Source: a virus (Duplodnaviria; Caudoviricetes). From it: a DNA stretch of 54,933 bases. The stretch is from positions 1 through 54,933 of IMG/VR virus record IMGVR_UViG_3300011440_000025; one strand, given 5' to 3'. Positions 36,812 through 46,822 of this stretch are shown piece by piece. Position 1 is the stretch's first letter. Every line of letters starts with the position of its first letter. The notes below the pieces were generated by a model that had not been told where the DNA came from, made no database searches, and saw only the letters and a list, made by a program, of their open reading frames with translations. The position numbers and the translations under genes are program-made.

Positions 36812-38905
36812 ATGAAAAAACTAATTCTATTATTTTTTATTCTATTTTCTTTTGCGTCTAATGCGCAGATACGTGCTATTGCTACAATGCGTAGCGATAC
36901 GGATGCGCCTACACCACCAACGCCTGAAGATCCATTTGTAATTACGGATGATCATATACTTGGTACGCAAGGTTATCAATTTAACTATGCCGTTGGTACT
37001 TGGATTGGGGGTACAGGAATTGCCGGATGGTATAACACAACTTTATATTATACGGGAACAACTAATGGCTATGTAGAATTTACTTTCAATGGTACTAGCA
37101 TTCATTTGTTTACGGAGAAAAAAGATACGCATGGTATCATGGCCATATCTATTGATGGTGGTGCAGAAACCAATGTTGATTTATATTCTGCTTCACCATT
37201 ACTACAGCAAGATGTTTGGAATAGCGGAACAATATCACAAGCTGTTCATACTGTTAAGATAAGATGTACAGGTACAAAGAATGCAAGTTCATCTAATTAC
37301 TATGCTATTGTAGATTATCTTAAAGTTTATAATCCATTACCAGTAGAAGAGACACCGGACCCTGATCCAACATTTACCCACTACGTTAAAACTACTGGAA
37401 GTAATACGGCAAACAATTGTACTAACTCGGCAGCACCGTGTTTAACAATAGGCTATGCGTTAACGCAAATGAGTTCCGGTCATGTGCTATCTGTTGGACC
37501 TGGAACATTTGTTGAACCAGCTTACTTAGCGCCAACTCCCGGTGAATCTATACATGGAAGTGGAGTAGATGTTACAATAGTAAAACTAAACTCATCATTG
37601 AATTGGGACGTTACTGCTGGAGCAATTCAAGCAAGTAAAACAATGTTCCAATATAATACGGCAGGATCAACGGCACATTTTCTTAGCGATCTTACTATAG
37701 AGGGTAATGGAAAGTTGGTTCATGCTGGAATCTATATAGCGAACGGAAGAAATAATGTTACTGTAGAAGATGTTAAGATAACTAACTTTGATTATTTCGG
37801 AGCATACGTAGCAGCCAATAATATAACTTTTCATAACGTCCAAATAATAAACAGCGCTGAAGCCCATACATCTTTTTCTACTGGTAACTTAATGGTTGGC
37901 GGTCTTAATACTTTTACTTGCGACAATGTAGATATAAGTGATAACCTTGAAGGCTATGGAGTTAAATCTTTTGGTGCAGGGGTTATTATTGAATCAATGC
38001 TCTTTGAAAATAGTGAAGTAAGAGTCGTACCGTATTCACCTTATGGTGGTAGTACTGTTCCAAACATTGCATTTGAATTTGAAAGTGCAAAGCCACGTAA
38101 TTGTATAATAAGAAATAGTTATTTTGATAATAATATTTCAATAGTTCGTGCGATAGGTAGTGTCAATGAAGGGTTTAATACAGTACACATAACAAATAAT
38201 ATAATTGATACAATCACAAAAGGTGCCGGTGGAACTACTTCGATGAATGCGTCTATAGAGTTTTCATCGCATAACGGTGAGATAAGTCATAACCATATTG
38301 TTGGCGGTCGCTTTGCTTATATCGTTAGTTGGAATACTGGTGAAACTACACAACAACAAAATTTAAGAGTGCACCATAATACCGTCTATATGACGGGGCA
38401 TGTAAATTCACCAACAGGATTAGTACGAGCAAGTTATCATGGTTGGAATGGTCTATACATTTATAATAACACCGTTCATATTCCACCAACACAAAATTAT
38501 AATGTTGCTATAGTATATAATGGTGCCAATGGTGTAACCTATAATAGCACAAACGTTCAAGTAAAAAATAATATTATATATGATCAGTCAACAAGCGATG
38601 GTGGAGTAGGTGGTGCAAATGCTATAGTAAGGATGGAAGGTAGCGGTGGAAGTTTCACCTCTTCTAACTTCTCTTATAATTTAATCAACGGTATGTCTAC
38701 TACACTTCCGGGTGGATGGACATCCTCAGATAACTTAACATCATCGCCACAGCTTCAAGGAGGTGGTGGAGTAAATCCATCTCCATTTACTTATACTCCT
38801 TTTTATAAACCAGCACTTGGCTCTCCAGTAATTAATACGGGGATCAATGTTGGGTTACCGTTTACAGGAGCAGCACCAACTAGAGGCAGACTAGAGTATC
38901 CATAA
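36812..38905 (+). CDS. Signal peptide + CBM-like domain + right-handed beta-helix (pectin lyase-like) protein
   Basis: MKKLILLFFILFSFASNA|Q; YVKTTGSN...PCLTIGYA; Asn-rich repeats (HNT, YNNT, KNNI); C-terminal SPVINTG...GAAPTRGRLEY. Confidence 0.78.
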   Translation: MKKLILLFFILFSFASNAQIRAIATMRSDTDAPTPPTPEDPFVITDDHILGTQGYQFNYAVGTWIGGTGIAGWYNTTLYYTGTTNGYVEFTFNGTSIHLFTEKKDTHGIMAISIDGGAETNVDLYSASPLLQQDVWNSGTISQAVHTVKIRCTGTKNASSSNYYAIVDYLKVYNPLPVEETPDPDPTFTHYVKTTGSNTANNCTNSAAPCLTIGYALTQMSSGHVLSVGPGTFVEPAYLAPTPGESIHGSGVDVTIVKLNSSLNWDVTAGAIQASKTMFQYNTAGSTAHFLSDLTIEGNGKLVHAGIYIANGRNNVTVEDVKITNFDYFGAYVAANNITFHNVQIINSAEAHTSFSTGNLMVGGLNTFTCDNVDISDNLEGYGVKSFGAGVIIESMLFENSEVRVVPYSPYGGSTVPNIAFEFESAKPRNCIIRNSYFDNNISIVRAIGSVNEGFNTVHITNNIIDTITKGAGGTTSMNASIEFSSHNGEISHNHIVGGRFAYIVSWNTGETTQQQNLRVHHNTVYMTGHVNSPTGLVRASYHGWNGLYIYNNTVHIPPTQNYNVAIVYNGANGVTYNSTNVQVKNNIIYDQSTSDGGVGGANAIVRMEGSGGSFTSSNFSYNLINGMSTTLPGGWTSSDNLTSSPQLQGGGGVNPSPFTYTPFYKPALGSPVINTGINVGLPFTGAAPTRGRLEYP

Positions 38906-38916
38906 CTAATTATAAT

Positions 38917-39264
38917 ATGAGTAGCTTAAGAAAAATTTATAAGGGGAATAACGGAACAGTCGAATGGCCATTCAATGACAATGAGGGGAACCCATTAAAC
39001 TTGGATCAGATGGTAACGGTTACTGCACAAGTCATTCAAAAAGATCGTGTAGTAGAAACTTATGTAATGGCAGATGGTACAGAGTTTAGACGTAAAGATG
39101 TAGCAAGCGATACGGTTGTATTCGAATATACAACGGCTCTTACCAATACGTTAGCAAAGATGGTTACTGCATTACGAGTAACAATTGTGGGACCAGAAAT
39201 TTATTTGGTTGTAGATGATAATAGAATATGGACAAAGCAAGAAGATATTTTTGAGGTAGTATAA
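38917..39264 (+). CDS. BppU-like Ig-fold baseplate protein
   Basis: KG......F.D.EG.PLNL pattern; position. Confidence 0.45.
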   Translation: MSSLRKIYKGNNGTVEWPFNDNEGNPLNLDQMVTVTAQVIQKDRVVETYVMADGTEFRRKDVASDTVVFEYTTALTNTLAKMVTALRVTIVGPEIYLVVDDNRIWTKQEDIFEVV

Positions 39265-39288
39265 TTTAACTTTTAAACTTTTAATAAA

Positions 39289-39750
39289 ATGGCAGCAGCA
39301 GGAAAATGGAAAATGTACGCAAAGGCTAAACTAGCAATTGCAAATGGTGACATAGATTTTAATGGTCACTCGTTCAAGATTAATTTGTATTTAAGTACAT
39401 CGAATTGTGATACGCTTACAGCCCACGATGCACTAGCAGATTTAACTAACCAAGTAGCAACGGCATTTGGTTATACGCAAAACACAAAAGCAGTAACGAT
39501 TACTACAGCGGATGCAAGTGGTACGATCACAATTGATGAAACTACTAACCCAGTATGGACAGCATCGGGTGGTGCGATCACTGCAAGGTTCGCGGTTATT
39601 TACGATGATACGCACGCGGATGATATGCCGATTTGTGTTTGTCTATTAGATACGGCACCAGCAGATGTGACCGCAACGGATGGTAATACCTTTACTATTA
39701 CAATGAATGCGAGCGGCATCTTAACATTGAGCGGTGCGGATAGTAACTAA
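39289..39750 (+). CDS. Minor tail protein
   Basis: GDIDF....K..L, WTASGGAITARFAVIY, DVTATDGNTFTI; a widespread phage structural family. Confidence 0.65.
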   Translation: MAAAGKWKMYAKAKLAIANGDIDFNGHSFKINLYLSTSNCDTLTAHDALADLTNQVATAFGYTQNTKAVTITTADASGTITIDETTNPVWTASGGAITARFAVIYDDTHADDMPICVCLLDTAPADVTATDGNTFTITMNASGILTLSGADSN

Positions 39751-39760
39751 TTAAAATGAA

Positions 39761-42154
39761 ATGGCTGTAGTATTAGGAGTAAGTTCCGGATTTGTTATAA
39801 CAGCGCCAACGGCTGACCCTGCTGGTGCTGTTAATACTACTATTGATGGTTCATCGGTAGTAACAAAAGATACTGCTCCAAAAGGTGCCACCATTACCAT
39901 AACAGAAATTGGTTGGTATCGTGGTGCCGGAACTAACGCGGCCAATTTTGAAATTGCATTATATTCTGAGTCGGCTGGTATTGCGTCTACTAGGGTACAA
40001 GTTGATGCAACTAATTCAAGTACGTCCGGTGGCTGGACCGTTGTAACAGGATTAAGCTGGGCAGTAACTGAAAACACCGCGTATTGGTTAGCGGTGCAAA
40101 TGGATGCCCATAGCGGATCAAGTACAATAGATGGTGAAGCGTCTGGTGGTGCCGGTGTTGATGTTCTAACTTCCCAAACAACTCTTAACAATCCGTATGG
40201 AGGTGGTACGGTATCCGATGCAGATGGTTTATATGCTATCTATGCAAAGATAAGTATTGTTCAAAATCTTGCTCCAGCAGTAGGCGCAGCAACATGGGAA
40301 GGGTTTGCACCTACTGTAGTTGGTGGTAGTGGCTCACCTGTTAATGTTACCCCAAGCGTTGGAGCAATGGTGGCAACGGGGTTTGCTCCTATCGTTGCAG
40401 CAAGTAATGAATATCAAGTATTGTTAGATAGGGCAACTACACTTACTTATGGACATCCTACAGCTGGACAAAAGATAAAACAAAATACACTTTTTTCTAG
40501 GATAAAATCCGCTGGTTTATTAGATGATATAGAAGCCATGTGGATATTTGCAACGGATAGTAATTCAGATTTCGCTACATTGAATTGGATAACACCAGCT
40601 AGTTATCAATGTACAAAAGTTAACTCCCCTGTCCATACACTTAATCAAGGATTTAATGGTAACGATTCAAACTCTTATTTAAATACTAATTTAGCCACAA
40701 ATCAACTTGTTAAAGCAACAGTAAGTTCAGTATCTTTTTTAATAGATATAAAGTATTGGCCGCTTACAAATGGTTTTCAAATTGGATCAGGAAGTGATTC
40801 TATATCTTTTTCGTTATATAATACAGTTGCTAAACTTATTGGTGGTGACTCCAACTTTGATATGGGGGAAACCCCACCTGTTGGAACATGGTTCGCTGAT
40901 AGAAGTGGAACGGATGTTAACATTTACAACAGTAATAGCTTATATAAAAATGTTACCACAGCTACTGGAACTGCTCATGAGTACCCTATTTGGATAGATG
41001 CTATGAATGAGGGTGCGGGATCAAATTATAATGACGCACTCATAAGAGTTTTAATAATAGCAAAGCATCTTGACAGCACTAAGCGAACAGCATTATACGA
41101 TGCGGTTACTGCTTATATAAATTCAATTACTGAAGCGTTTCCAAATGTTGGTGCAGGTACCTTTAATGGATTCGCACCTACTGTTTCCGTAACTACTAAT
41201 CAAAATATTACTACGGATGTTGGTGCAGGAACATTAATTGGATTTGCTCCTACTGTTGAAACACCATTAAATATAACGGCTGACCTAGGGGTTGCTACCT
41301 TCGTTGGATTTGAACCTACAGTAACAGCTGGATCAGGCTTAACTATTTTACCAGATGTTGGAGTAGGGATACTTACAGGTTTTGGTCCTACTGTAGTTGC
41401 AACAGATCATAAAAATATAATCGCTGACTTAGGGGTTGCGGTATATACTGGGTTTGCTCCAGTAGTATTTGCATCAGACCATAAGAATATAATAACGGAT
41501 ATAGGAGCAGCAACCTATAATGGATTTGTTCCTACCATTACTACTCCAATAAATTTAAATGCTGGTGTAGGAGTATTAACTGCTACAGGATTTGCTCCAT
41601 CCGTTGCCACTCCAAGAGAAGTGTCTCCGGGGATTGGAGTATGTATTTATAATGGATTTGCACCAACATTAGTATTGCCAAGGAATATAACGGTTGATCT
41701 AGGGGTTGCATTATATAATGGATTCGCACCGTCAGTAGCGGCTGGATCAGGGGTACTACCAGATGTTGGTAGTATATTAGCTACAGGATTTGCGCCAACC
41801 GTATCCGTAACTAACCATATAAATATAACGCTTGATGTTGGAGCAGCAACGTATACAGGTTTTGCACCTACAGTATTTGCAAGTGATTCTAAAAATATAT
41901 TAATAGGATTAGGTGAAGCAACTTTAAATGGATTTGAACCAACAGTATTTGCTAGCGACAATAAGAATATCGCTATAGGATTAGGTGAGATGGTAATGGT
42001 TGGATATAATCCAGCTATAGGTACACAACCTACAACAGTTTTTCCAGATATAGGAGCAGCCATATTCTTAGGATATGAACCTACTGTAGTTGCCTCAACC
42101 ACTCCAGTAAATGTTCCGGAACCAAAACGTATGAGGGTAATTTACTTAGATTAA
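39761..42154 (+). CDS. Tail fibre-like protein with about 16 G-x5-G(F/Y)xPT(V/I) repeats and a lectin-like insert
   Basis: 22-24 aa repeats counted by eye; central globular domain. Confidence 0.7.
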   Translation: MAVVLGVSSGFVITAPTADPAGAVNTTIDGSSVVTKDTAPKGATITITEIGWYRGAGTNAANFEIALYSESAGIASTRVQVDATNSSTSGGWTVVTGLSWAVTENTAYWLAVQMDAHSGSSTIDGEASGGAGVDVLTSQTTLNNPYGGGTVSDADGLYAIYAKISIVQNLAPAVGAATWEGFAPTVVGGSGSPVNVTPSVGAMVATGFAPIVAASNEYQVLLDRATTLTYGHPTAGQKIKQNTLFSRIKSAGLLDDIEAMWIFATDSNSDFATLNWITPASYQCTKVNSPVHTLNQGFNGNDSNSYLNTNLATNQLVKATVSSVSFLIDIKYWPLTNGFQIGSGSDSISFSLYNTVAKLIGGDSNFDMGETPPVGTWFADRSGTDVNIYNSNSLYKNVTTATGTAHEYPIWIDAMNEGAGSNYNDALIRVLIIAKHLDSTKRTALYDAVTAYINSITEAFPNVGAGTFNGFAPTVSVTTNQNITTDVGAGTLIGFAPTVETPLNITADLGVATFVGFEPTVTAGSGLTILPDVGVGILTGFGPTVVATDHKNIIADLGVAVYTGFAPVVFASDHKNIITDIGAATYNGFVPTITTPINLNAGVGVLTATGFAPSVATPREVSPGIGVCIYNGFAPTLVLPRNITVDLGVALYNGFAPSVAAGSGVLPDVGSILATGFAPTVSVTNHINITLDVGAATYTGFAPTVFASDSKNILIGLGEATLNGFEPTVFASDNKNIAIGLGEMVMVGYNPAIGTQPTTVFPDIGAAIFLGYEPTVVASTTPVNVPEPKRMRVIYLD

Positions 42155-42156
42155 TT

Positions 42157-42372
42157 ATGGCACAGATAGATGGACCAATTTATATTACGCGCACAACATT
42201 AGAAGATGAAATAAATCTTGCGCGAAAAGAACTTGATGGAATAGTTTTTATGACTCGCACACGAACTACTATTATAGTAGAGGGTGCGGAAGATGAAAGT
42301 GAAGGAGCAATGGCAACACAAGGCAATACGCTTATAATAACTTATAATGAAGAGTTTATATTACCTAACTAA
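42157..42372 (+). CDS. Small hypothetical structural protein
   Basis: 71 aa; tight packing. Confidence 0.55.
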   Translation: MAQIDGPIYITRTTLEDEINLARKELDGIVFMTRTRTTIIVEGAEDESEGAMATQGNTLIITYNEEFILPN

Positions 42373-42386
42373 AAAATAAAAACAAA

Positions 42387-43640
42387 ATGGCAGTAACGTA
42401 CATTTCTGATTTACCAGCAGCAAGCGCATTGGCTGGGACTGAAGTTTTTCCAGGGGATCAATCCGCAGCTACGAAAAAGATTACCGCTAATCAACTTCGA
42501 CAATATATAAATAAATCTAATGGTTTATTTAATATTTTAGACTATGGTGCAGTACAAGATAGCACAACAGATAATGCAGCATCAATACAAGCAGCGATAG
42601 ATGATGCTATTTTATTTAGAGGAAAAGTTATTGTTCCTTGTGGCGTTTCGAATTTCAATTATTTTAGAATTGATAGTGGCTTGGAAATTTTAGCAACCGC
42701 ATTTCCAAACGATCAACACTATTTGTCTATTGAAGGTTATGGCCGTACTGTTCAAATACAATACCATGGTGCAAATAATGGTTCAGTAATAGCGATAGCA
42801 GGAATGAGAGGCGGTCAAATACATAACCTAAAATTAAGTATAGCAACTGGAATTACTGGATGCACAGGTTTTGATATAGGGACAAACGAGTTTGGAACTA
42901 CTGGTAATTTTTCTTTTTATGATTGTCATGTTGGACTTAATAACGGTGTAGATAATACAGGTTTTAGAACAGGTATATATTCTGTAGGAGGCAATGGAGA
43001 TGTTTCTTTTGTAAACTTTTATAGCTGTCAAGTATGGGGGGGACAAAGTTACGGTTATAGCGGACAGTATGGTTGGGAGATTGGTGGTCAGAACGCTCTT
43101 CAATTTGGTTTTCATAGCTGTGGAATATTTTTATGTGATCGTGGTTTATTTATTAACGATGGTGGGATTGCTTGTTATCTATACGGTACGGGCGGATCAG
43201 GAAATAATATTGATGTCTATGTTGCTTTCGTTGGGTCGCTTACTATTGATGGTGGTAGATGGGAAGGTGGTCATAGATTTTTAGATATCACGTGGGCTGG
43301 AAGACCTTCATGTGTGAGGCTAGCAAATATTGAATTTGGAGGGTATACTTTTAGTGAAGGTAGTACGTTAATTCAGTCTGGTCAAAATTGTACTCTTATA
43401 ATAGACAGCTTAATGGTTTATAGAGGAGCAGGTCTTACGTATACTGATCCTATGATTATTTTGTATGCCGATCACGATAGCATTGGTAATTGTCATATAA
43501 GAGGCGGTCAATATCAGACTTCAAGTTCTACACTTGTAACTGTTACATATCCTTCTAAGTGGCACATAAATTTGAAAAGGGTTGGTAAGTATAATACTAA
43601 CTTGGAGACAACCACTTACTTTGCCGATATAGATAATTAA
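42387..43640 (+). CDS. Tailspike/depolymerase (pectate lyase 3-like beta-helix)
   Basis: N-terminal ISDLPAA...TKKIT anchor; NILDYGAV.D..TDNAASIQAAID. Confidence 0.8.
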   Translation: MAVTYISDLPAASALAGTEVFPGDQSAATKKITANQLRQYINKSNGLFNILDYGAVQDSTTDNAASIQAAIDDAILFRGKVIVPCGVSNFNYFRIDSGLEILATAFPNDQHYLSIEGYGRTVQIQYHGANNGSVIAIAGMRGGQIHNLKLSIATGITGCTGFDIGTNEFGTTGNFSFYDCHVGLNNGVDNTGFRTGIYSVGGNGDVSFVNFYSCQVWGGQSYGYSGQYGWEIGGQNALQFGFHSCGIFLCDRGLFINDGGIACYLYGTGGSGNNIDVYVAFVGSLTIDGGRWEGGHRFLDITWAGRPSCVRLANIEFGGYTFSEGSTLIQSGQNCTLIIDSLMVYRGAGLTYTDPMIILYADHDSIGNCHIRGGQYQTSSSTLVTVTYPSKWHINLKRVGKYNTNLETTTYFADIDN

Positions 43641-43644
43641 TAAT

Positions 43645-44088
43645 ATGAAAAAATTACTTTTAATTTTTGGATGCTTAGTTGCTTTGCCATGCATAGTAAT
43701 CTGCTCTCCATTAGATACGACTATCCATAAATATGATAGCGTTGATATGATCGTACGAGATTCTATAGGTGGTAAAGTATTGCGCCACGTAGTTGATTTA
43801 ATTGTTATTGATCCTAAAGGGACTCCACCTCCACAAGAATGTGCTTGCCCTATGCCTTCTATAGAGATCAAGGAAACCATTACTATAGCAGCTGGACTAC
43901 CAGCAAAAGTAGTAAGTGAATCAACACCGACAGGAATTAAGTTAACATTCTATATTCCACAGGGCGCTAACGGTGCAACTGGACCTATAGGCGCAACAGG
44001 TCCACCCGGACCAGTAGGACCACAAGGACCAGTATGGATACCATGTACTAATCCACCTTGTAAATTTTTTATAACGCCTACTAACTAA
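43645..44088 (+). CDS. Signal-peptide protein with a short collagen-like repeat
   Basis: Hydrophobic N-terminus; (G-X-Y)8 GANGATGPIGATGPPGPVGPQGPV. Confidence 0.7.
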   Translation: MKKLLLIFGCLVALPCIVICSPLDTTIHKYDSVDMIVRDSIGGKVLRHVVDLIVIDPKGTPPPQECACPMPSIEIKETITIAAGLPAKVVSESTPTGIKLTFYIPQGANGATGPIGATGPPGPVGPQGPVWIPCTNPPCKFFITPTN

Positions 44089-44091
44089 TTT

Positions 44092-44397
44092 ATGAAATCG
44101 CCGATGTTCTTACCTGATGACTTTGATAAAATTTATAACCACCATAGAGATATAACAGAAGTTTTTAAATGGTCTTTACTCTTATTACTTGGACTTGTAA
44201 ATATTGAAACATTACTATTATGGGTACGATTTATTGCTGGCATACTTTCTATTCCAGCTGGTGTATTACTTATCTTAAGGTTATTTTGGGAAGCAAGGGT
44301 AAAGCGTAGGGAACACGAACTAAAGAAAAAAGAACTGGAGAAAAAGGATCAAGATATGTGGAGAGCAATTGAAGAAAAAGAAAACGGAACTAATTAA
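44092..44397 (+). CDS. Putative holin
   Basis: Two TM segments, highly charged C-terminus, directly upstream of the lysin. Confidence 0.6.
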   Translation: MKSPMFLPDDFDKIYNHHRDITEVFKWSLLLLLGLVNIETLLLWVRFIAGILSIPAGVLLILRLFWEARVKRREHELKKKELEKKDQDMWRAIEEKENGTN

Positions 44398-44828
44398 TGG
44401 AAAAATTTTTATTAGAAAGAGTTTACTTGCCAACAGAAACGTTAGGTAGTATCTATGCACCGGATAAAGAAATTGTTTGTAAGACAATGGAGTTACCTTG
44501 GAAAGAAAATAGAAGTAATATAAGTTGTATACCTGAAGGTGAACACTTAGTTAGGAAGATGGTACCGGATCAGTTCCGCAAGTATCCATACTTTAGATTC
44601 GTAAAAGTTGAAGGCAGGGGTATAAATAAATTTTATAACATGAGCACTATACTTATCCATCCGGCAACGTTCGTCCATCATCTTAAAGGATGCATAGGAG
44701 TAGGATCAAAGCATACCGATATTAATAAAGATGGGATACCAGATATCGTTGATTCAAAACTTACTCTTAAGCATATGACAGATACAATGCCTGACGAGTT
44801 TATACTTGATATAAAAAGAAAAGAATGA
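44397..44828 (+). CDS. DUF5675-family putative endolysin
   Basis: TMELPW..N..NISCIPEG, ILIHPA......GCIGVG. Confidence 0.8.
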   Translation: MEKFLLERVYLPTETLGSIYAPDKEIVCKTMELPWKENRSNISCIPEGEHLVRKMVPDQFRKYPYFRFVKVEGRGINKFYNMSTILIHPATFVHHLKGCIGVGSKHTDINKDGIPDIVDSKLTLKHMTDTMPDEFILDIKRKE

Positions 44829-45394
44829 AAAATGTATTCCCTTGGATGATTGTTGCAGCACTATTATTATGGGTAGGATATGAATACTATGATAAAAAAT
44901 CTCCTATTGAAGTTACGCAACATATAGATTCTGTTAGAGCATTAAAAGAAATCCAACGCGTATCAGCAGTACGAATTGATTCTATAGATCGCGCATATAG
45001 AATTAAAATTGAAAAGGATAGCATAGCTAGTGTCAAGTATGAAGCACGTATTAAATATTGGACAGCAAAGGCAAAGCAAATAAAAATAAAGGTAGATACT
45101 ATTATAAAATATCCAGACCTTGATACGTTGCTTCATATTTATGATTCTATAATCTATGTTCAAGCACAGCGTATACATAATTTAAATTTAGAAAAAGGAT
45201 TTATAATTGAAAGCTATGAAGCAAAAATAAAAGAGAAAGATGAAATTATTAAAACCGGATTTGAAATCAATTCCCATATGGATGCCGTTGTTGCAGAACT
45301 CAATAAAGATTTGGCTAAGCAAAAGAAATATAAAATTGGCGGCACAATAGTAGGAGGTGTACTAGGATTTTTTGTTGGTCGTGGAACTAAATAA
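44825..45394 (+). CDS. Spanin-like protein
   Basis: N-terminal TM, coiled coil, C-terminal hydrophobic Gly-rich segment; follows the lysin. Confidence 0.6.
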   Translation: MKNVFPWMIVAALLLWVGYEYYDKKSPIEVTQHIDSVRALKEIQRVSAVRIDSIDRAYRIKIEKDSIASVKYEARIKYWTAKAKQIKIKVDTIIKYPDLDTLLHIYDSIIYVQAQRIHNLNLEKGFIIESYEAKIKEKDEIIKTGFEINSHMDAVVAELNKDLAKQKKYKIGGTIVGGVLGFFVGRGTK

Positions 45395-45402
45395 AATACT
45401 AT

Positions 45403-45648
45403 ATGAAAAAATTTATGGAGATGCTTAATATGCGCAACCTAATTATCGCAAGTATGATTTGTCTAGGAGTATCTATGTTGGATGCAATCTTTGTTAGCGA
45501 CATTGCGTGGGATGGATTCAAGAACTTAACTTGGTGGGGAAAATTATTCGTGTTACCAGCTCTCGTTACTTTAGTATACATCTTTGGCTATGTGTTTCTT
45601 TATGGTATGATCTACCTTAACTTAAAGAAATGGTTTATAAAATCCTAA
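45403..45648 (+). CDS. Two-TM membrane protein
   Basis: Hydrophobicity pattern. Confidence 0.6.
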   Translation: MKKFMEMLNMRNLIIASMICLGVSMLDAIFVSDIAWDGFKNLTWWGKLFVLPALVTLVYIFGYVFLYGMIYLNLKKWFIKS

Positions 45649-46055
45649 CACTGCTGCCGACACTTATTGAATCTTGGCTAGATCGTAAAGGAGAAAAGAA
45701 GCAAGGAAAAATAAAGGACACTATCTGGTTAACAGTTGGTAGTGTCCTTTATATTATGGTTACTTGGAAAATTTTTAATCAGAATCCATTTATCATACTT
45801 GCTTATATCCTTATGTGGCGAGTAACCTTGTTTGATTACCTGACGAATTTTATGTTGAAGAAGTTTAGCGATGGGCATAAGCAAATTAATATTTGGAAGT
45901 ATACTGGTACGACTACATTTTGGTGGGACCAGCTAACGAGTAAGATAGATTGGAGATGGAGATTGATTTTTAGAATAGTGATCCTTGCCGCAGGTGTGAG
46001 TCATCTGATACTTCCTTTCCCATACGATATATATGGAATACATATAAACCATTAA
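45630..46055 (+). CDS. Membrane protein
   Basis: About three TM segments; FDY..N...W.Y.G. Confidence 0.6.
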   Translation: MVYKILTLLPTLIESWLDRKGEKKQGKIKDTIWLTVGSVLYIMVTWKIFNQNPFIILAYILMWRVTLFDYLTNFMLKKFSDGHKQINIWKYTGTTTFWWDQLTSKIDWRWRLIFRIVILAAGVSHLILPFPYDIYGIHINH

Positions 46056-46527
46056 TGATCCGCATGGTCTTTGCTCCTTTACAAAACATCTTATCAAATG
46101 TTTTCTTTCCATCAATAACTTTCTCTTGAAACTTATTCTTTTCCCAATAAGATTTTTTAAAGAGCATGTAGAATCCTGCAACCATAGGAATATCCGCACA
46201 TAGTTGTTTACTACATAAATGTTTAGCGTGAACAATCTGGTCCCATATATCCCCACTCCTAAAAAGATCAGGGGCAGTTGTTTCCCATCTCTCTTCTATC
46301 TGCCATAGGTATCCTGACCGATTAGTATATGCACCAAAGATATCCGTATCTGGATAATTTATAATAGCATTTTCAATAACACGATTACTATCTTTGCAAA
46401 GTATCATTGCGTCCTGATCTAAAAGTTGTATCCATTCATATGGACTCGCAGCGCAGTGATCATTAAGCACACGACCAAATTGATTTGGATCTGTACAGAA
46501 AGGTTGTATTCTAAAAATGTCTATCAT
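45970..46527 (-). CDS. GT-A-like glycosyltransferase
   Basis: WIQLLDQDAM (DxD), AGFYMLFKK..W, GLYVFH.YR; start reassigned. Confidence 0.65.
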   Translation of the reverse strand: MIDIFRIQPFCTDPNQFGRVLNDHCAASPYEWIQLLDQDAMILCKDSNRVIENAIINYPDTDIFGAYTNRSGYLWQIEERWETTAPDLFRSGDIWDQIVHAKHLCSKQLCADIPMVAGFYMLFKKSYWEKNKFQEKVIDGKKTFDKMFCKGAKTMRIINGLYVFHIYRMGKEVSDDSHLRQGSLF

Positions 46528-46528
46528 A

Positions 46529-46723
46529 TTATTTTTTCTTTCTTTTAGTTTTAGATTTAAGTTTGGGTTCACCGTCTGGCTTTGCCCAATTCATCCTAGC
46601 CAATTCTTCTATTGGTTGATTAAACATATAAAGAACATCTAACTTAGCAAGTTCCTCTATGGATTGTGGGGACAATGATGCAATCCATTTGTCTCGTTTA
46701 ATTTTAAATTCTTCTGGTGTCAT
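46529..46723 (-). CDS. Hypothetical protein
   Basis: Start MTPEEFK with ATGA overlap. Confidence 0.55.
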   Translation of the reverse strand: MTPEEFKIKRDKWIASLSPQSIEELAKLDVLYMFNQPIEELARMNWAKPDGEPKLKSKTKRKKK

Positions 46724-46821
46724 ACTACAATAATTAATATAATTAACAATAATACTATTACCCAAAGCACCGCATTGATATTCTTAAGCATCGTTGCGAT
46801 TGTTTTCATATCCTCTTCCAT
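46720..46821 (-). CDS. 33 aa single-TM peptide
   Basis: MEEDMKTIATMLKNINAVLWVIVLLLIILIIVV; fills the gap. Confidence 0.45.
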   Translation of the reverse strand: MEEDMKTIATMLKNINAVLWVIVLLLIILIIVV

Positions 46822-46822
46822 A

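Noticed and set aside
39751-42102. Antisense ORFs inside tail genes, and similar ones throughout the window
   Set aside because: Shadows of the codon bias of long sense genes; no motifs
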